Below, piece after piece: positions 1 through 12,500 of a DNA stretch of 64,000 bases. Under the pieces are notes generated by a model. That model was not told the DNA's origin. It was given only the letters and a program-made list of their open reading frames with translations, and did not search any database. This DNA comes from Bugula neritina. Taxonomy: Eukaryota; Animalia; Bryozoa. The stretch lies in assembly GCA_964035545.1 (NCBI GenBank), contig OZ037765.1, forward strand, positions 9,992,698 to 10,056,697. The letters run 5' to 3'. The translations under genes and the position numbers were made by a program. Each line of letters begins with the position of its first letter. The first letter of the stretch is position 1.

Positions 1-2410
1 CGAGTTCAACGAGTCCGATCTGCGAATAAGCATGAGACAGATGCAGGTACGAATATTTATAGCAAGTAAAAACTTTTTTAAAATGAAGTAGCAGAAAATT
101 GAAATTTTATGAGACTTCGGAATATTTTAAATGCCCATAATTTATATTAATATGGTGTTCACTAGTCAATATACATTTAATGCACGGCGTTAAATGGTGA
201 ATTTTGTTTCAGTTTGTTTGTGGTGCTGTTGTAATTTATTAATACAATTTATTCTACAGATGTTCTTGAATGAATATGAAGAATTGCCACTGGCAGCGCT
301 AACCTACTTGTCTGGAGAATGTAACTATGGAGGTCGTGTGACTGATGATAAGGACAGACGACTCCTCGTATCTCTTCTGAAAATCTTCTACAACCGTCCA
401 ATCATTGAAGATGAGAACTACGCGTAAGCTCTTATGACTTCTATACTGTCATAGTAAATAAATGGTAGTAAACAGTACGTAATTACAATGCCATTTGTAT
501 TTTTGATCTTACAGCTATAATCTATTTACAGGTTCTCAGCCAGTGGCCTATATAAAGCCCCTCCAGAGGGTCCATACCAGTCCTACATTGATTACATCAG
601 AGGTCTTCCTTTACTTGCCAACCCGGAGGTGTTTGGGCTCCATGAAAATGCTGATATTACTAAAGACAACCAGGAGACTCAGGGCCTCTTTGATAATATC
701 CTCCTTACGTTGCCTCGCCAAGCTAGTGGGGGAGGCAAATCTTCAGCAGACGTTATTGAAGATTTGGCAGCTGATATTCTTAGCAAGATGCCACAACTCT
801 ATGATATGGAAGCAGTAGGTTTAATTCAAAGCTGTTTCCAGTGTATTGAGTCATTGAAAAAATATTAATAGCTATAATGACATTTTCCAACTTCGAATAT
901 TGAGATATCTAAAGGCTGTTTCAATCTAAGGATAAAAAATAAAGTTGAATTTTTAAGAATATTTATTGTCTTTGTCTTACACACATGTGTGTAAGCTAAT
1001 AATTATTTTCTGACAGGTAATAAAGAAGTATCCGGTGACCTACAATGAATCTATGAATACGGTACTGAGACAAGAGCTAATTCGATACAACAGGCTTATA
1101 AAAGTAGTTCGTGATTCACTGTTCAACTTGAGAAAAGCAATCAAAGGTCTAGTTGTGATGTCCAGCGAGTTGGAGGAAGTGTTCAACAGTATGCTAGTTG
1201 GAAAGGTTTGTATATCAATTTACCACACTTTTAGTAAAGTTAAAAACTATCTCTCAGTGTATCTGCACACATTTGCTTGTTAAAATTCATGTTGGCAACA
1301 AAGATTACAAGATATTGAAAACTTGGTTTTTTAGGTACCCAGTGTGTGGGCGTCTAAGAGTTATCCTTCCCTGAAGCCTCTTGGGAGTTATGTCACCGAT
1401 CTATTGGCTCGGTGTAACTTTTTCCAGGAGTGGATAAACAGAGGAGCACCCAAATGTTTCTGGGTTTCTGGTTTCTATTTCACTCATTCATTCTTAACAG
1501 GTTTGTTATTGTACTACATTTTTGCCAATTGCAAATTTTATGTAAATTTTAGCACTTTTTTAAAAATAATTTCTCTTAATGTTATATTTTGCAGGCGTGT
1601 CTCAAAATTTTGCTAGGAAGTACACAATTCCTATTGACCAGCTAGGTTTTGAGTTTGAAGTGATGAAAGTAGAAAAAGAAGTTGACGATAAACCTGAAGA
1701 TGGAGCATTCGTTTGGGTATGTGTTTATCTGTAAATATTGCAGAGTTGAGAAGTTTCTTATGTTTTAGTGAACATGCATAGAAATAGAATGCCTAGCATT
1801 TACTGAAATGTGATCATGCTTCATATTAATTTAAAACATTAGATTATATCAACATCTAGTTACAACAATTTCTCAAAAATTAATATTTAAATTTTTGAGT
1901 ATTTTTTGTTAAATTTCTTTTCCACTTGGTGTAAACTGTGCAGTAGTGTTGCATGTGGTTTATGACAATTGACATTGACTGTAATTTAATACTAGCTGAT
2001 ATACTAACTTATTGAAATTCTTGTATTTTGATGCTTTTAGTATGTTTCTGCAATAAATATTCTAAAAATATGGCATTTAAACTTATGTATATGTTGAATT
2101 GTTCATGTTGTAGGGCCTTTTCATCGAAGGTGCTCGATGGGATAGAGAAAAGCACATCATTGGGGAATCCCATCCAAAGATTCTTTATGATACAATCCCT
2201 GTTATATGGCTTAAACCGGGTATTAAATCAAAGTTTGAAAAGAAGCCAGCATACGCTACACCTGTGTATAAGACGACAGCTAGAAGGGGCACGCTATCCA
2301 CCACTGGACACAGTACCAACTTCGTCTTATACATTCAACTACCTTCTGATAAACCAGAGAGTCACTGGGTAAACAGAGGTGTGGCTTCTATTTGTGCACT
2401 CAACGATTAA
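1..2410 (+). CDS. DNAH3: Axonemal dynein heavy chain (inner-arm, DNAH3-type), last 7 exons; gene begins before the window
   Basis: Exons ~1-46, 260-423, 532-814, 1017-1205, 1335-1500, 1595-1716, 2114-2410 join in phase via GT-AG introns. They give [10 protein letters not shown]...[18 protein letters not shown]...[16 protein letters not shown]...[16 protein letters not shown]...[12 protein letters not shown]...[14 protein letters not shown]...[15 protein letters not shown]. The [14 protein letters not shown] and VLRQEL variants match DNAH3 better than DNAH7/12 as I recall them. Confidence 0.9.
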
Positions 2411-3017
2411 ATTGTTGAACTCTGACCTTTGTACATCAAACTTAATAACTAATCGAACTAGTTTACTTGTTAGATTTACTGCAGTTTCTTTTAAAGAACA
2501 CTTTTTAAAGTGTGCTATATGCTAAATGAGATTTTATTTAAACTGCTGTTTTTGTCTCTATTCCGTCCGAAGTATGATTGGTAATATTTTTTGATACTCC
2601 TTTAAATGCTTTGCTCATGATAGTTATTTATAGAAGAGTTTATTAAAAGACGGCTCTTTTAACTTCCTTCAATTGTTTTATGTTTTATATACTCTAGTAG
2701 TAATACTATGTTATTTGTTTTCGTGATCAAATACAAAGTTTATAAATGTTGATATAGAAGTCCTTGAGGATTAAAAAAACTTTCTAAAGCTCACAAATTA
2801 TTAACAATGTATATTAAACGGACTCAGTAAAGCCTATCTTCTGAAAATTGCAAAACGTAATGGATCTAAAGCAGATCTAAACATATATTCATTACACAAC
2901 CATTTTAAAAGTGATCACTGATAACATAGCTTTATTAATAATTATATAACATTGCATTTTATGGAATTTGAGCTAAGAAAATAACATTTTGTAAAAAGAA
3001 GACAACTGTTTAACTGA

Positions 3018-3245
3018 AGAGAAAATAGCGCAAAGGATGCTGAGATTACAGTTGCTATGGCAGAAGAAGAGATAGAATTTACTAGAACAAACCCTGAAGT
3101 TCTGTGTTACTACTATGATGGAGTTCTTAACCAATTCTACACCCTGGTTACTTGTAAACAACCAATCAGAGGTCGTTTTGTTCAGATTCTGTTCAATGCA
3201 ATAACTTCTCTAAATATTTATGAAGTTGAAGTGCATGGGATTTAA
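3018..3245 (+). pseudogene. C-terminal fragment of an F-type lectin (fucolectin/FTP, galactose-binding-like) domain; isolated exon or remnant
   Basis: The translation ends C-KQPIRGRFVQI...LNIYEVEVHGI*, resembling the CxxPxxGRYV...LxLCEVEV(Y/F)G end of F-type lectin domains. The frame is closed upstream by TGA at 3015-3017. A weak acceptor (ttacag) ends at 3051. No upstream exons were found. Confidence 0.5.
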
Positions 3246-3963
3246 TAAGCATACTGTTTTGTAATGCAGTGGCTTTCATTTAATTTTATAGTTATGATAA
3301 GAGAATAATATTGTCTTAAAATTGTGTGATCTTTTATTTCATTACTACCTTTCTAAAAGTATTTTTGCTCATAGTTTAAGTAAATTATATTTATTGTAAA
3401 AAATTATTAATTGTCATGTTATACATTCCCACATAATTTTTGGAAATATAATTTTACATAATTACCGTTGTATACATGTGACATGGGCTAATGCTAATAT
3501 TAAACTGATGAGCTAAAACAAAATAACAGTTTGGATGCCAATAAACAAACTGATACGCATGTGCTATATGTAAATTTAGAGTATTACCTAGGTCATAAAA
3601 ATATTTCATTTTTGGTGTTGATGTAAAACTATCATGGCGTTATGCACAATTATTGATTGGGAGTTGTGCTTACTGAAATATAACTATACTTTTTGTTCTA
3701 TGGTTGTGCTTGTAACCATCACTTCAGAGTATCGTTTAATAATAGTAATAATTATCAGAAAAGCCGATACTTTCAAAGCTCAAAACGGCTTAAGCTAGTT
3801 AAGCGACATAGGAGCTGAATTGTTGTTGTTAGTAAAGGTTTCGGTTTCACTTTGAATAAAACTCTGAACATCTAAGTGGTTCTACTTGTCGGTTTAATAC
3901 TATATGTAAAAACGTAAATATTGTACTTGGCGTGGCAGAGCAGAGTTATTTTTTATTTAAATT

Positions 3964-6900
3964 ATGGCTGAAAAAACTAAACATTGGGTAGAAGATGTGT
4001 TTCCTCCTAAGTTCACATTTGATGATTATCAAAAGGTACCCGTCTACAGTCTGAGTCTAATACTAATACTAATAGTAATAGTAATACTACTACTAGAGGT
4101 CAAACGCAATCACTATTACTGTATTAGTATCACTCAAAGTTAAACACAATGGCAGCATCAAAGTGCCCAACGTGAATATTAATATTGAAGTCAACTATAA
4201 TAATAATAATTTTAATAAACCTATTTTAGTTTTATTTTCAAACTTGTGTTTGATCAGTTGGTAAGTCCTATAGCTATAGCCTATAGGCTATAACCACTAA
4301 CCAATGTTATTAAATTTAATGATATAATTATAATTACTATACTAATTCTAATACTAATATTTAATTTTATAAGAAACTACAATTATTAATGCTATTTCTA
4401 TTAGTATTATCATGATTTTTACTAAATTACTGTTTATAGTTGAATTTAATTTTTTATGAGTATATGCTTATAGTCATTGTCAGTGTTAGTATTAAAATAA
4501 ACTAAAATTGTATATTTGAGTTTAAGAACTTATAAATTCAAATTGGGATGGTTGCGATTAAATTTAGGAGCAGCTATAAATTGTTTGAACTTGAAACAAG
4601 TGTTTTAACTTTGCTACTTTTTGCAGTGTTGCTATTGTAATGGTTTTCAAGAATTGTCCTCTCACTATTTTTGTTCTTGTAAGTTTATTATTGCTCGCTC
4701 TTTTTGTTTTGTGTAAATCGGTCGCGACCGAGGTTCGGAGTTTCGGACGCCTGATTGTCCGACTGTTTGTCATTTGGAACTCCGACATTCCGAACTTCGG
4801 CCGACGATTGGTCGAAGTTTCTGGAACAAGCTTTTGTGCTAATATATATAAAGAGATGAGCTCGCAGTTGTAATTAAGTATACAGCTGGAGCTCATAAAG
4901 GCTACTACACTTACACTTATACCTGCTCTTTTCTCTCTTACCATACAGAGAGTTATGTTCTCTGCCTAATTTATTCTGACCCACAAAATCTACTAGTCTA
5001 CTACACTATTTAGTTTAAAAAATATAGTAAATAAAACTGCGTGGTCACCAATTTCGAATGTTTGAATTACTTTAATTTCTGATAGGCTGAGATTAAAGTG
5101 ATATTACAAAATGAAATTATTATTTTAAGACAGAGAAGAATAAAATTAAGTTAAATTTAAGTTGCTGCATTTGTCTCAGAGCAATTTATTACTTTAAAAT
5201 TTATCCACTGCTTGAACATACACTCACCGGATAATACTGCTGCATTTTTATTTGATTCGAGTAGACACTTTGGGCAGTTACTTGGGATAATGAAATGCTA
5301 TTAAACAAATGTAGTTATAAATTCAAATTTAAAAAATCATTATATATATTTTTTTAGCTTACGGAACCAATCACAGAATCAGAAACCAGCATTGAGAAGT
5401 TAGTGAGTAAAGCCCACAAACTTGATAGCAAAGCTATTCGAGATATTTATTTAAGAGTTCTTGCTCAAGTAACAGCTGAGCAAAGAGCAAAAGACACTTC
5501 AACAAGTCTTGTGTGTTCATCTACACAAAGTGAGTACAATTAGTATATAAACTTTAAATTCATTGAAAACTCTGCAATTTTTTTAATTGCACATCTAACA
5601 TTTTTAAGTTGTCCATTTTGAAGTTAATTTTTTAGATTTTTGATACTAGTGCACTTGTAATACTTGTATAACGTTAGGCAATATACTGGCGCTTTTGCTT
5701 TTATTTTTTGTGTTTTAGTTACTCACATAGTCACTTGAATAGTTAAAAAAAATGTGTTTTAGCTGATATTACTGCTACCAACACTGGTTTTTCAACTTCT
5801 CTGACTGGAAATGACTGCAGAGTAACAACAGGTGATAATGATGTCTTATGGAACTCTGTAGAGCTACTCTTTCTTCGAGATCATTACAAACGGGAACATG
5901 ATGACTATCTCGCTCTCAAGTAAATGTTTATCAATAACCCTTATAATTTTGTTATGTATCTTCTTTGTACAAAATGGAAAATATTTAACTGTGTTCTTAT
6001 TGTCAAGTTTTTAGCTACAACCATAATGATATTTAGGCTTCAGAATGATATTTCTAGCAGTTATTTTAATATATCAACTCAATGTTTTATACTAATAACT
6101 AAAACTACTTTTTGATTTAATTATTTGATTTACTAATTCTTCCATTTCATGTTAACAATTTTATTGGCAACACCAATTCTCAGTTTTGAAAACCATTTTA
6201 AAAACCAGGTAAATAATAACTATAGTAGTTAAATGAAGGCACTTGGACTGAATAAACTATGTAAGATTTTCTTTGTGTTGTTTCTAGAGCTGAACTGAAA
6301 GCAGCTAATGAAGAAACTTATATGTATCAAGAGAAGTATATGCACACCAACAGTGAAATTTTAAAAACTAAAGATAAATTTCATAAAAGAGGTATTTGAA
6401 TGTATCAACACTTGTTTCAATGTTTATAAGAAAATAAAGCTTGAAATACTTATTAACTTTATAGAAGGGCTTTGACCTTACCTTATCAAATCTAAAATGA
6501 AAATAGTGTGAGGACTTTTTAAGTTTTCTTTTATTCATCACTAGCTGACATAAACATTTACCCTAGTCTTGTAAGTAGTGACTGGCATGGTGTTAATCTC
6601 TCATGTTTGTGGTGATGTCACGAATGTACTTAAATGGTCACCTTTCACCACTGTGGTCCTGCGCGGATGGCGGACGAATGTACTTAAATGAATGGACTTA
6701 ACTTACATACTTTATTGTAAAAATATGTTTCCTCTGATTTTTTCTATCGTGTGAAACTTTAAATGTTGTGATGCCAATACTAAACACTGAATTGATTTTT
6801 AATCAATTACTTATCTGATTTTACTTGTGGTTTTACAAATCTTTGAGTTGAAAAGGTTACACATTTTCCTTAATTGCAGAGGCATATATAAATCGCTTAG

Positions 6901-7855
6901 AAAAATTGCACCAGAGTTTAAAAGAGGAAATTGTACGAATAACCAATCAAGTTGTGGTTACTGAAAATGAACTGAAGGAATTACGGCAGTCATACCAACT
7001 TAAATGTTCCAGTGAACAACAGTTGTCTTCGAAACTCAGTATGTTCAGTCCATCTATCATCTTTTTAATCTTAAATCATGTAACGAATGCTGAGTCTTGT
7101 AATACCATCTTCTGTGTGGTTTGTTTCCGCAATATAGTTGTCTCGTGTGTATGCTTGTCAAACCCATTAGAAAATTATCATACTATTTTATCATAGTTTT
7201 GACTACATTTCTAAAAATAGCATATTAATGTTTTGTAATAAATGAACTTAAGTTTACTATTTTATTAGGCTAGTATAGTTACTGAAAACTTGAACTGAAA
7301 AAGATTAACACGGGTAAATTTTTGTAAATTTTGTTGAATATTTTTTGCAGGTGATTCTCAAATTAAATGCAAGCTTCTACAGACTAAGTTAGATAAAGCA
7401 AATTTAAAGTATGAATTTGATATGGATAGACAACTTCAAAAGTTAGAATTAGAGTAAGTATATTATTGTTGCGGTGTTATAGCTTTTGTAGCGCTCTCTG
7501 CCATAATTCATTTGTAATATTGATATTGGTTTATATCTGTTAGTTAATTTATGTATCTGCATGTTTTATATATAATGTATAAATTAATTAAATGCAGCAA
7601 TTTCATTTTTATATTATTTACATGGTTGGCTATTGGTTTTCATGTTTGGGCTTCTTTTTCTACAGACATGAAACTGAAGTATCAAATCTCACAGATAGAC
7701 TAAATAATCTAGAGGAAAGATTGGAAACTGAGAGAGAGCTTCATGGGCGATGTAAAAAGGGTTTGGGTCAACTCATGCTGCATTACTCTCAGTCTACTCA
7801 AGTGCAGGGCATCATAGATGCTGCCGGTAATGACAAGAACTGTGCTAAAATATAG
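3964..7855 (+). CDS. CCDC160: Coiled-coil domain-containing protein 160-like (7 coding exons)
   Basis: Exons ~3964-4035, 5358-5529, 5763-5919, 6288-6391, 6880-7038, 7351-7453, 7666-7855. The N-terminus MAEKTKHWVEDVFPPKF and C-terminal RLETERELHGRCKKGLGQLMLHYSQ resemble the CCDC160 segments KHWKENMFTPFF and [23 protein letters not shown]. The middle is heptad-rich in E/K/L/Q. Confidence 0.65.
4716..4809. repeat. CpG-rich imperfect inverted repeat (hairpin/MITE-like) in the first intron of CCDC160-like
   Basis: ccgaggttcggagtttcgga (4728-4747) matches the reverse complement of 4781-4800 at 17/20 positions. Pairing extends outward to aatcg.../...cgatt. Confidence 0.6.
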
Positions 7856-9461
7856 GACAATAAATGGCTGTCAACTTTTTAGAAAACTGGTTGCCTAAAT
7901 TTCTTTAATATTCACATATCATGTCACATGATAACTGTTTGTTTTATTTAGTTCTATTCTTCTATTATCAAGTTACTATTGCAACTTAAATATTGGAGAA
8001 AAATAAACTAATAAAAATGCATTGTCTTTTTCTGTGTGTTGCTAACTTGTAGCCATGTATAAGCAGTTCTGTCTAAAACTTTACCTCACGTCTTTTTTGC
8101 TAATTTAATATGGTTGATCTCTCATGCCTTCTTTTTTATAATGATAAATAAAATTTTAATTTTTTTCACTTTAGAAAATTATTAGTTAAACAAATTAGTT
8201 TCATTCTTTGTGATGTGCATGTAATAATGTTGCAATGAAACTTAATACTCTAAGAAATGTTTAATGAAATCCATCGTAAATTTTGGTCTAGCTATATTTT
8301 TATGAGACACTAGCCACTGGTGTACTTTTGTTTACAATATTTATATATGCCGAGTAAAAATAGAAAAATTTTAGTTATCTGTAGATAAAATTTGAACGAA
8401 TGAGTCTATAACTTAAAAGTCTCATTTTTGGTAATCTTGCTATAGAATAATGTAAGTAAAGTCTATTTTCTGTACGTTGAATAGAAAACAAAGACTATAG
8501 TGCTAAACTATATAATATTGTTTACTACTGTTCTAGCTTCTCCATCACGCTTACTAGAATAAGTATATTATACACAATAGATGTTATTACATTTTTAATT
8601 GTTTCTAAATTTCAAAAGTATACATGCAGGTGTTGAGCTGTATTGGGCAAAACCCTTGCATGATTGCTTTAAATTTTTATCGACTGCTTAAAAGTTAGTT
8701 GTCTATGAACATCATTGTGTTAGGGTTATTTTTTTATTGATTTGATTTCAAATATTAAACAAATTCTATATAAATTAACAGCACATATCATTCATATTTT
8801 ATATCTGCTGGACTAGATACATAGTACATTGTGATGAAAATGTCTTATTGCAAGTGGCTGTAAGCCTATGAAATTAAAGGTGTAAACTTATTTTTTAGTG
8901 TTAGTTTTAATGGGTGTTGGCGGTATATAAGTTTAGTTATTTGTAAAAGACAGCTCACACTGCAAATTAGAATGCTGAAAAAACCTTATCTGTGTTTCTG
9001 TACCTGATCATTGACAGCTTAAACAAATGCCATAGAAACAAATACCTATGTCTGATGTGACAAATAATGATAACCCTAATTATACAATAGGTATGCAATA
9101 GCAATTATACAATTAGAACTTAAAGATACCACCAAGCAGATTTATTAAATAGGTAACTAAAGTCTTAACGAAATAGAAGAATTTTTTCAACAAGTACCTT
9201 TACATTAGGCTATATAAAAATTATTGCAACAAAGATTATTGAGTTTGGATTTGGAGTTGTCCAAAGTGAGAAGAAAATTTTCGAAGTAAAAATGTCTTTT
9301 AGTATAGTTTAATAAAAAAAACATTTTATTTTTTATTAATGTTTAAAAATAATTTAAAAAAGTTTTTGACAGTTTTTCAAAAGTTATCTTAATTTGCTTT
9401 GGTATGATACTTTTTATGAGACTAAAACGAAAACGAGGTGAATTCCTTAAATTGGCGTTCG

Positions 9462-9474
9462 GTTGCTAGTCAAT
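9462..9474. promoter_or_regulatory. Candidate RFX X-box upstream of IFT56
   Basis: GTTGCTAGTCAAT has one perfect half-site (GTTGCT) and one degenerate half-site. It lies ~110 bp upstream of the ATG of a core ciliary gene. Confidence 0.45.
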
Positions 9475-9585
9475 GAAAGGAGTATTCTTGCTGATAAATT
9501 TGAATTTACTTTATTTTCAAACGTAAAGTACTATGATTTAACTGTTTTATCGTTCTAAACTAATTTTTTTATTTAAAGAACAATA

Positions 9586-12500
9586 ATGGTGAGTTTTGAA
9601 GCTATTTTAAGATTGTTTAATATTTTAATATGACATACCTACTAATAGTAATTATTAATTAGTGTTAGTAGTTAAACTAAGACCCAGTAAGTTGTTCCAA
9701 TCGTATTGAGATTAAATTTTAATTTGACTTTGACTAAAAGGGAAAGTAAAAATAAAAAAATTCATATTGATTGTCCAGTTACAGTTTTATTAAATTTGCA
9801 TGTTATTGCAACATGAACAAAAAAATTTTAATGACATTCGACAAGTAATGCTAGTAGTAGTTGTTTTTTGTGTCTGAGACTGAGTTTAACTTTATCTATC
9901 AAAAATTTAAAAGAATTTAATTTATGATGATACTGATAAACCCTAGAATACTTACTTACTTTTAAATTTACTAATTTCGTGCATAACATAAGTGTATTTT
10001 GATTGACTTACAGCACCTAATGCTGCTCTCTGCAACATATTTTTGTGCTCTTATTTGTTTATCAATCCTATGTTCTTGTGTTTTAAAAATGTAATTATAG
10101 GCAGCTTATTTTATATCTGCTTAACTTTTACAAAAAATTTTTTTAAAGATTTTATCAAGGACTAAACCTGCTTCTGGGCCTTCTACCCAAAGCACCCCTG
10201 CTAAAGAAAAAGGCAAGCAAAAGCAAATGCCAAAACTTGAAGAATTACTGGAAACTCGTGATTATACTGGCGCTATAACATTTCTTGAGGTTAGTTTGTG
10301 TTATGGTGGATATCCACATTTTAGAGCTATTGCAAACTTGCCGAATAATATATTGTATTGTAGCTTTTGGTTTAGCTCAGGTGTCGGTGTATTGGTACGG
10401 GTTGCTTGGTTTGGCTTGCGAGGTAATTTCAGCTCCTGTCAGTCAGTAGGGGGTAGAGTTAGAACTCTGGGTTAGGGTGTTCATCTGGTGATGCTCGACA
10501 GTCTGGAATCCCGGGCTAGCACTAGCACTAGCACTCACTAACACACTCTATTGTATTCAGACGCATCTATTTTCTTCTGTCCTCAAGCACTCGATTGCCA
10601 ATTCTTCTTCCATCCTCTTCAACCATACACACTCTGTTTTATACCTGTTGCGTTCATGCAGGCCACACCTACACTACATTTATTTATATGTAACTATAAT
10701 ACCTAAATAGCCAGAAAAGACAAATATAGCTAAGTTGAAATTCCTGACACAACATCTTCACAACTATTGTATGAGCCCTATGCCAAGTTGCTAATAAATT
10801 ATTCATGCTTATTTTCTTAGATTACTTGCATTTGCCATACTCCAAAGTTTCAAAATTAGTGTAACATATTAGAAAGCAAAGTTTTTTTGACTATTTAAAT
10901 ATGTACTCATACTGGCAAGTTGGTTTTTAAAAATACTTTTTCATTATTTAAAATCTAATTATGGTGCTTTTGCTAGTTATTTGGTTAAGAACATCATATT
11001 GTTTTATCAAATAAGTCTATATAAGATGCATTAAATAGGCTAGTAGAAGATAAAAAAATTGCAACTGTTGCTTACCGTTATTGACAACCCTAAACAGTTT
11101 TATGGTATTTTTACTGAGACTCATTTAAAGAAATGTTACGCAAATATATCACACTATTCAAATCTATAATGATTATTGTAGTTTCACAAGCATGCTGGAA
11201 AAGGTAACACTGAAGAAGACCAGTGGATTGCATATTGTGCTTTTCATCTTGGAGATTACAAAAAAGCAATGGAAGTAAGCCCGCTATGTTTGCTTGAATT
11301 TCATTGTTTGGCAAATGCCAAGACATCTTAAAATATGTGCATGTATTCTATCAACATCTTTTGTACAGGAATATGAAAAGCTCAGCAAGTTAGACGGATG
11401 TCCACCAGAAATATTCACAAATTTGGCATGCTGTCAGTTTTTTCTTGGCATGTACCAAGAAGCTGATGCCATAGCGAGTAAAGGTATTGTGTCGATCTGT
11501 GTGAGATAAATAGATACAATGTGTTATAATGTAGCACTGCTTCATATTTCTTTATCACCTGGCAACTAAGTTAAATGATTAAAACGTTTATTTTGCTGTT
11601 CAAACGCAGTAGGTGAAATTTAGCAACACTCTTCGTTGTTAAAGGTTTTCTGCTAAATTTTATACAGCCAGAAAATTCAGGGTTTTACTAAATCTATTTA
11701 GTATAAAACTGTGTGAATCAATTTCTTTTAACATAAGTGAGTAAACATATTCTACAAACACTCTGTAGGGTTAAATAGTGCCTTGATGATAATTTCTTTC
11801 AGAAGTTTTTTGTTACAGTGAAAATAAAATTGTATTAGTCGACATTAGCTGATATCTAGCTTTCTCTTTATACAGTAAAGTGCCAGGTGGCAGAAGACCT
11901 TTAAAACAGTAGATTGTGCTTATATGATAACTTTATAGCTAAATGTTCGCATGCTTAATTATTGTCAAATGAAGTTGATAATCATAACATTGCTATATTT
12001 TTATCGCTTTTATTGTTTTTACAATTTCTTTTCTTCTTTCACATCGTATTGTTTCTATTTTAAACGTAATCTAAGTTAGTAGCTAGTAGAGCTAGCGAAG
12101 CGTGTTTCTCTATTTTTCATTAGTGCACATTTAATTAGTAAGTCTCTTGGTGTGGCTTTATATGTTTTTTTTCTGCCGGAATGCCAAGCGCCAAGGGAAC
12201 CTTGTACGAAAGGTTCGTTTTATTTAAAGGTTGCTGGTTGCTGTAATGTTTTAGGTGTAAAAAAAGGATGCGCAAATAAGAACAGGCTTCTGTTTCATTT
12301 GTCTCATAAGTTTGGAGATGAGAAACGGCTGATGTCGTACCACCAGAATCTGCAGGATGTGATAGAAGACCAGCTGAGTTTGGCATCCATACATTACCTC
12401 AGAAGTCATTACCAGGAGGCTATAGACACTTACAAACGTATTCTGTTAGACAACAGGTATGTGTTGAGGAATTTTTCTAATTTTATAATTTTTACATACT

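Noticed and set aside
4564-4944. Overlapping ORFs of 126 aa (-) and 77 aa (+)
   Set aside because: They are intronic, span the CpG hairpin, and have no recognisable motifs or splice support.
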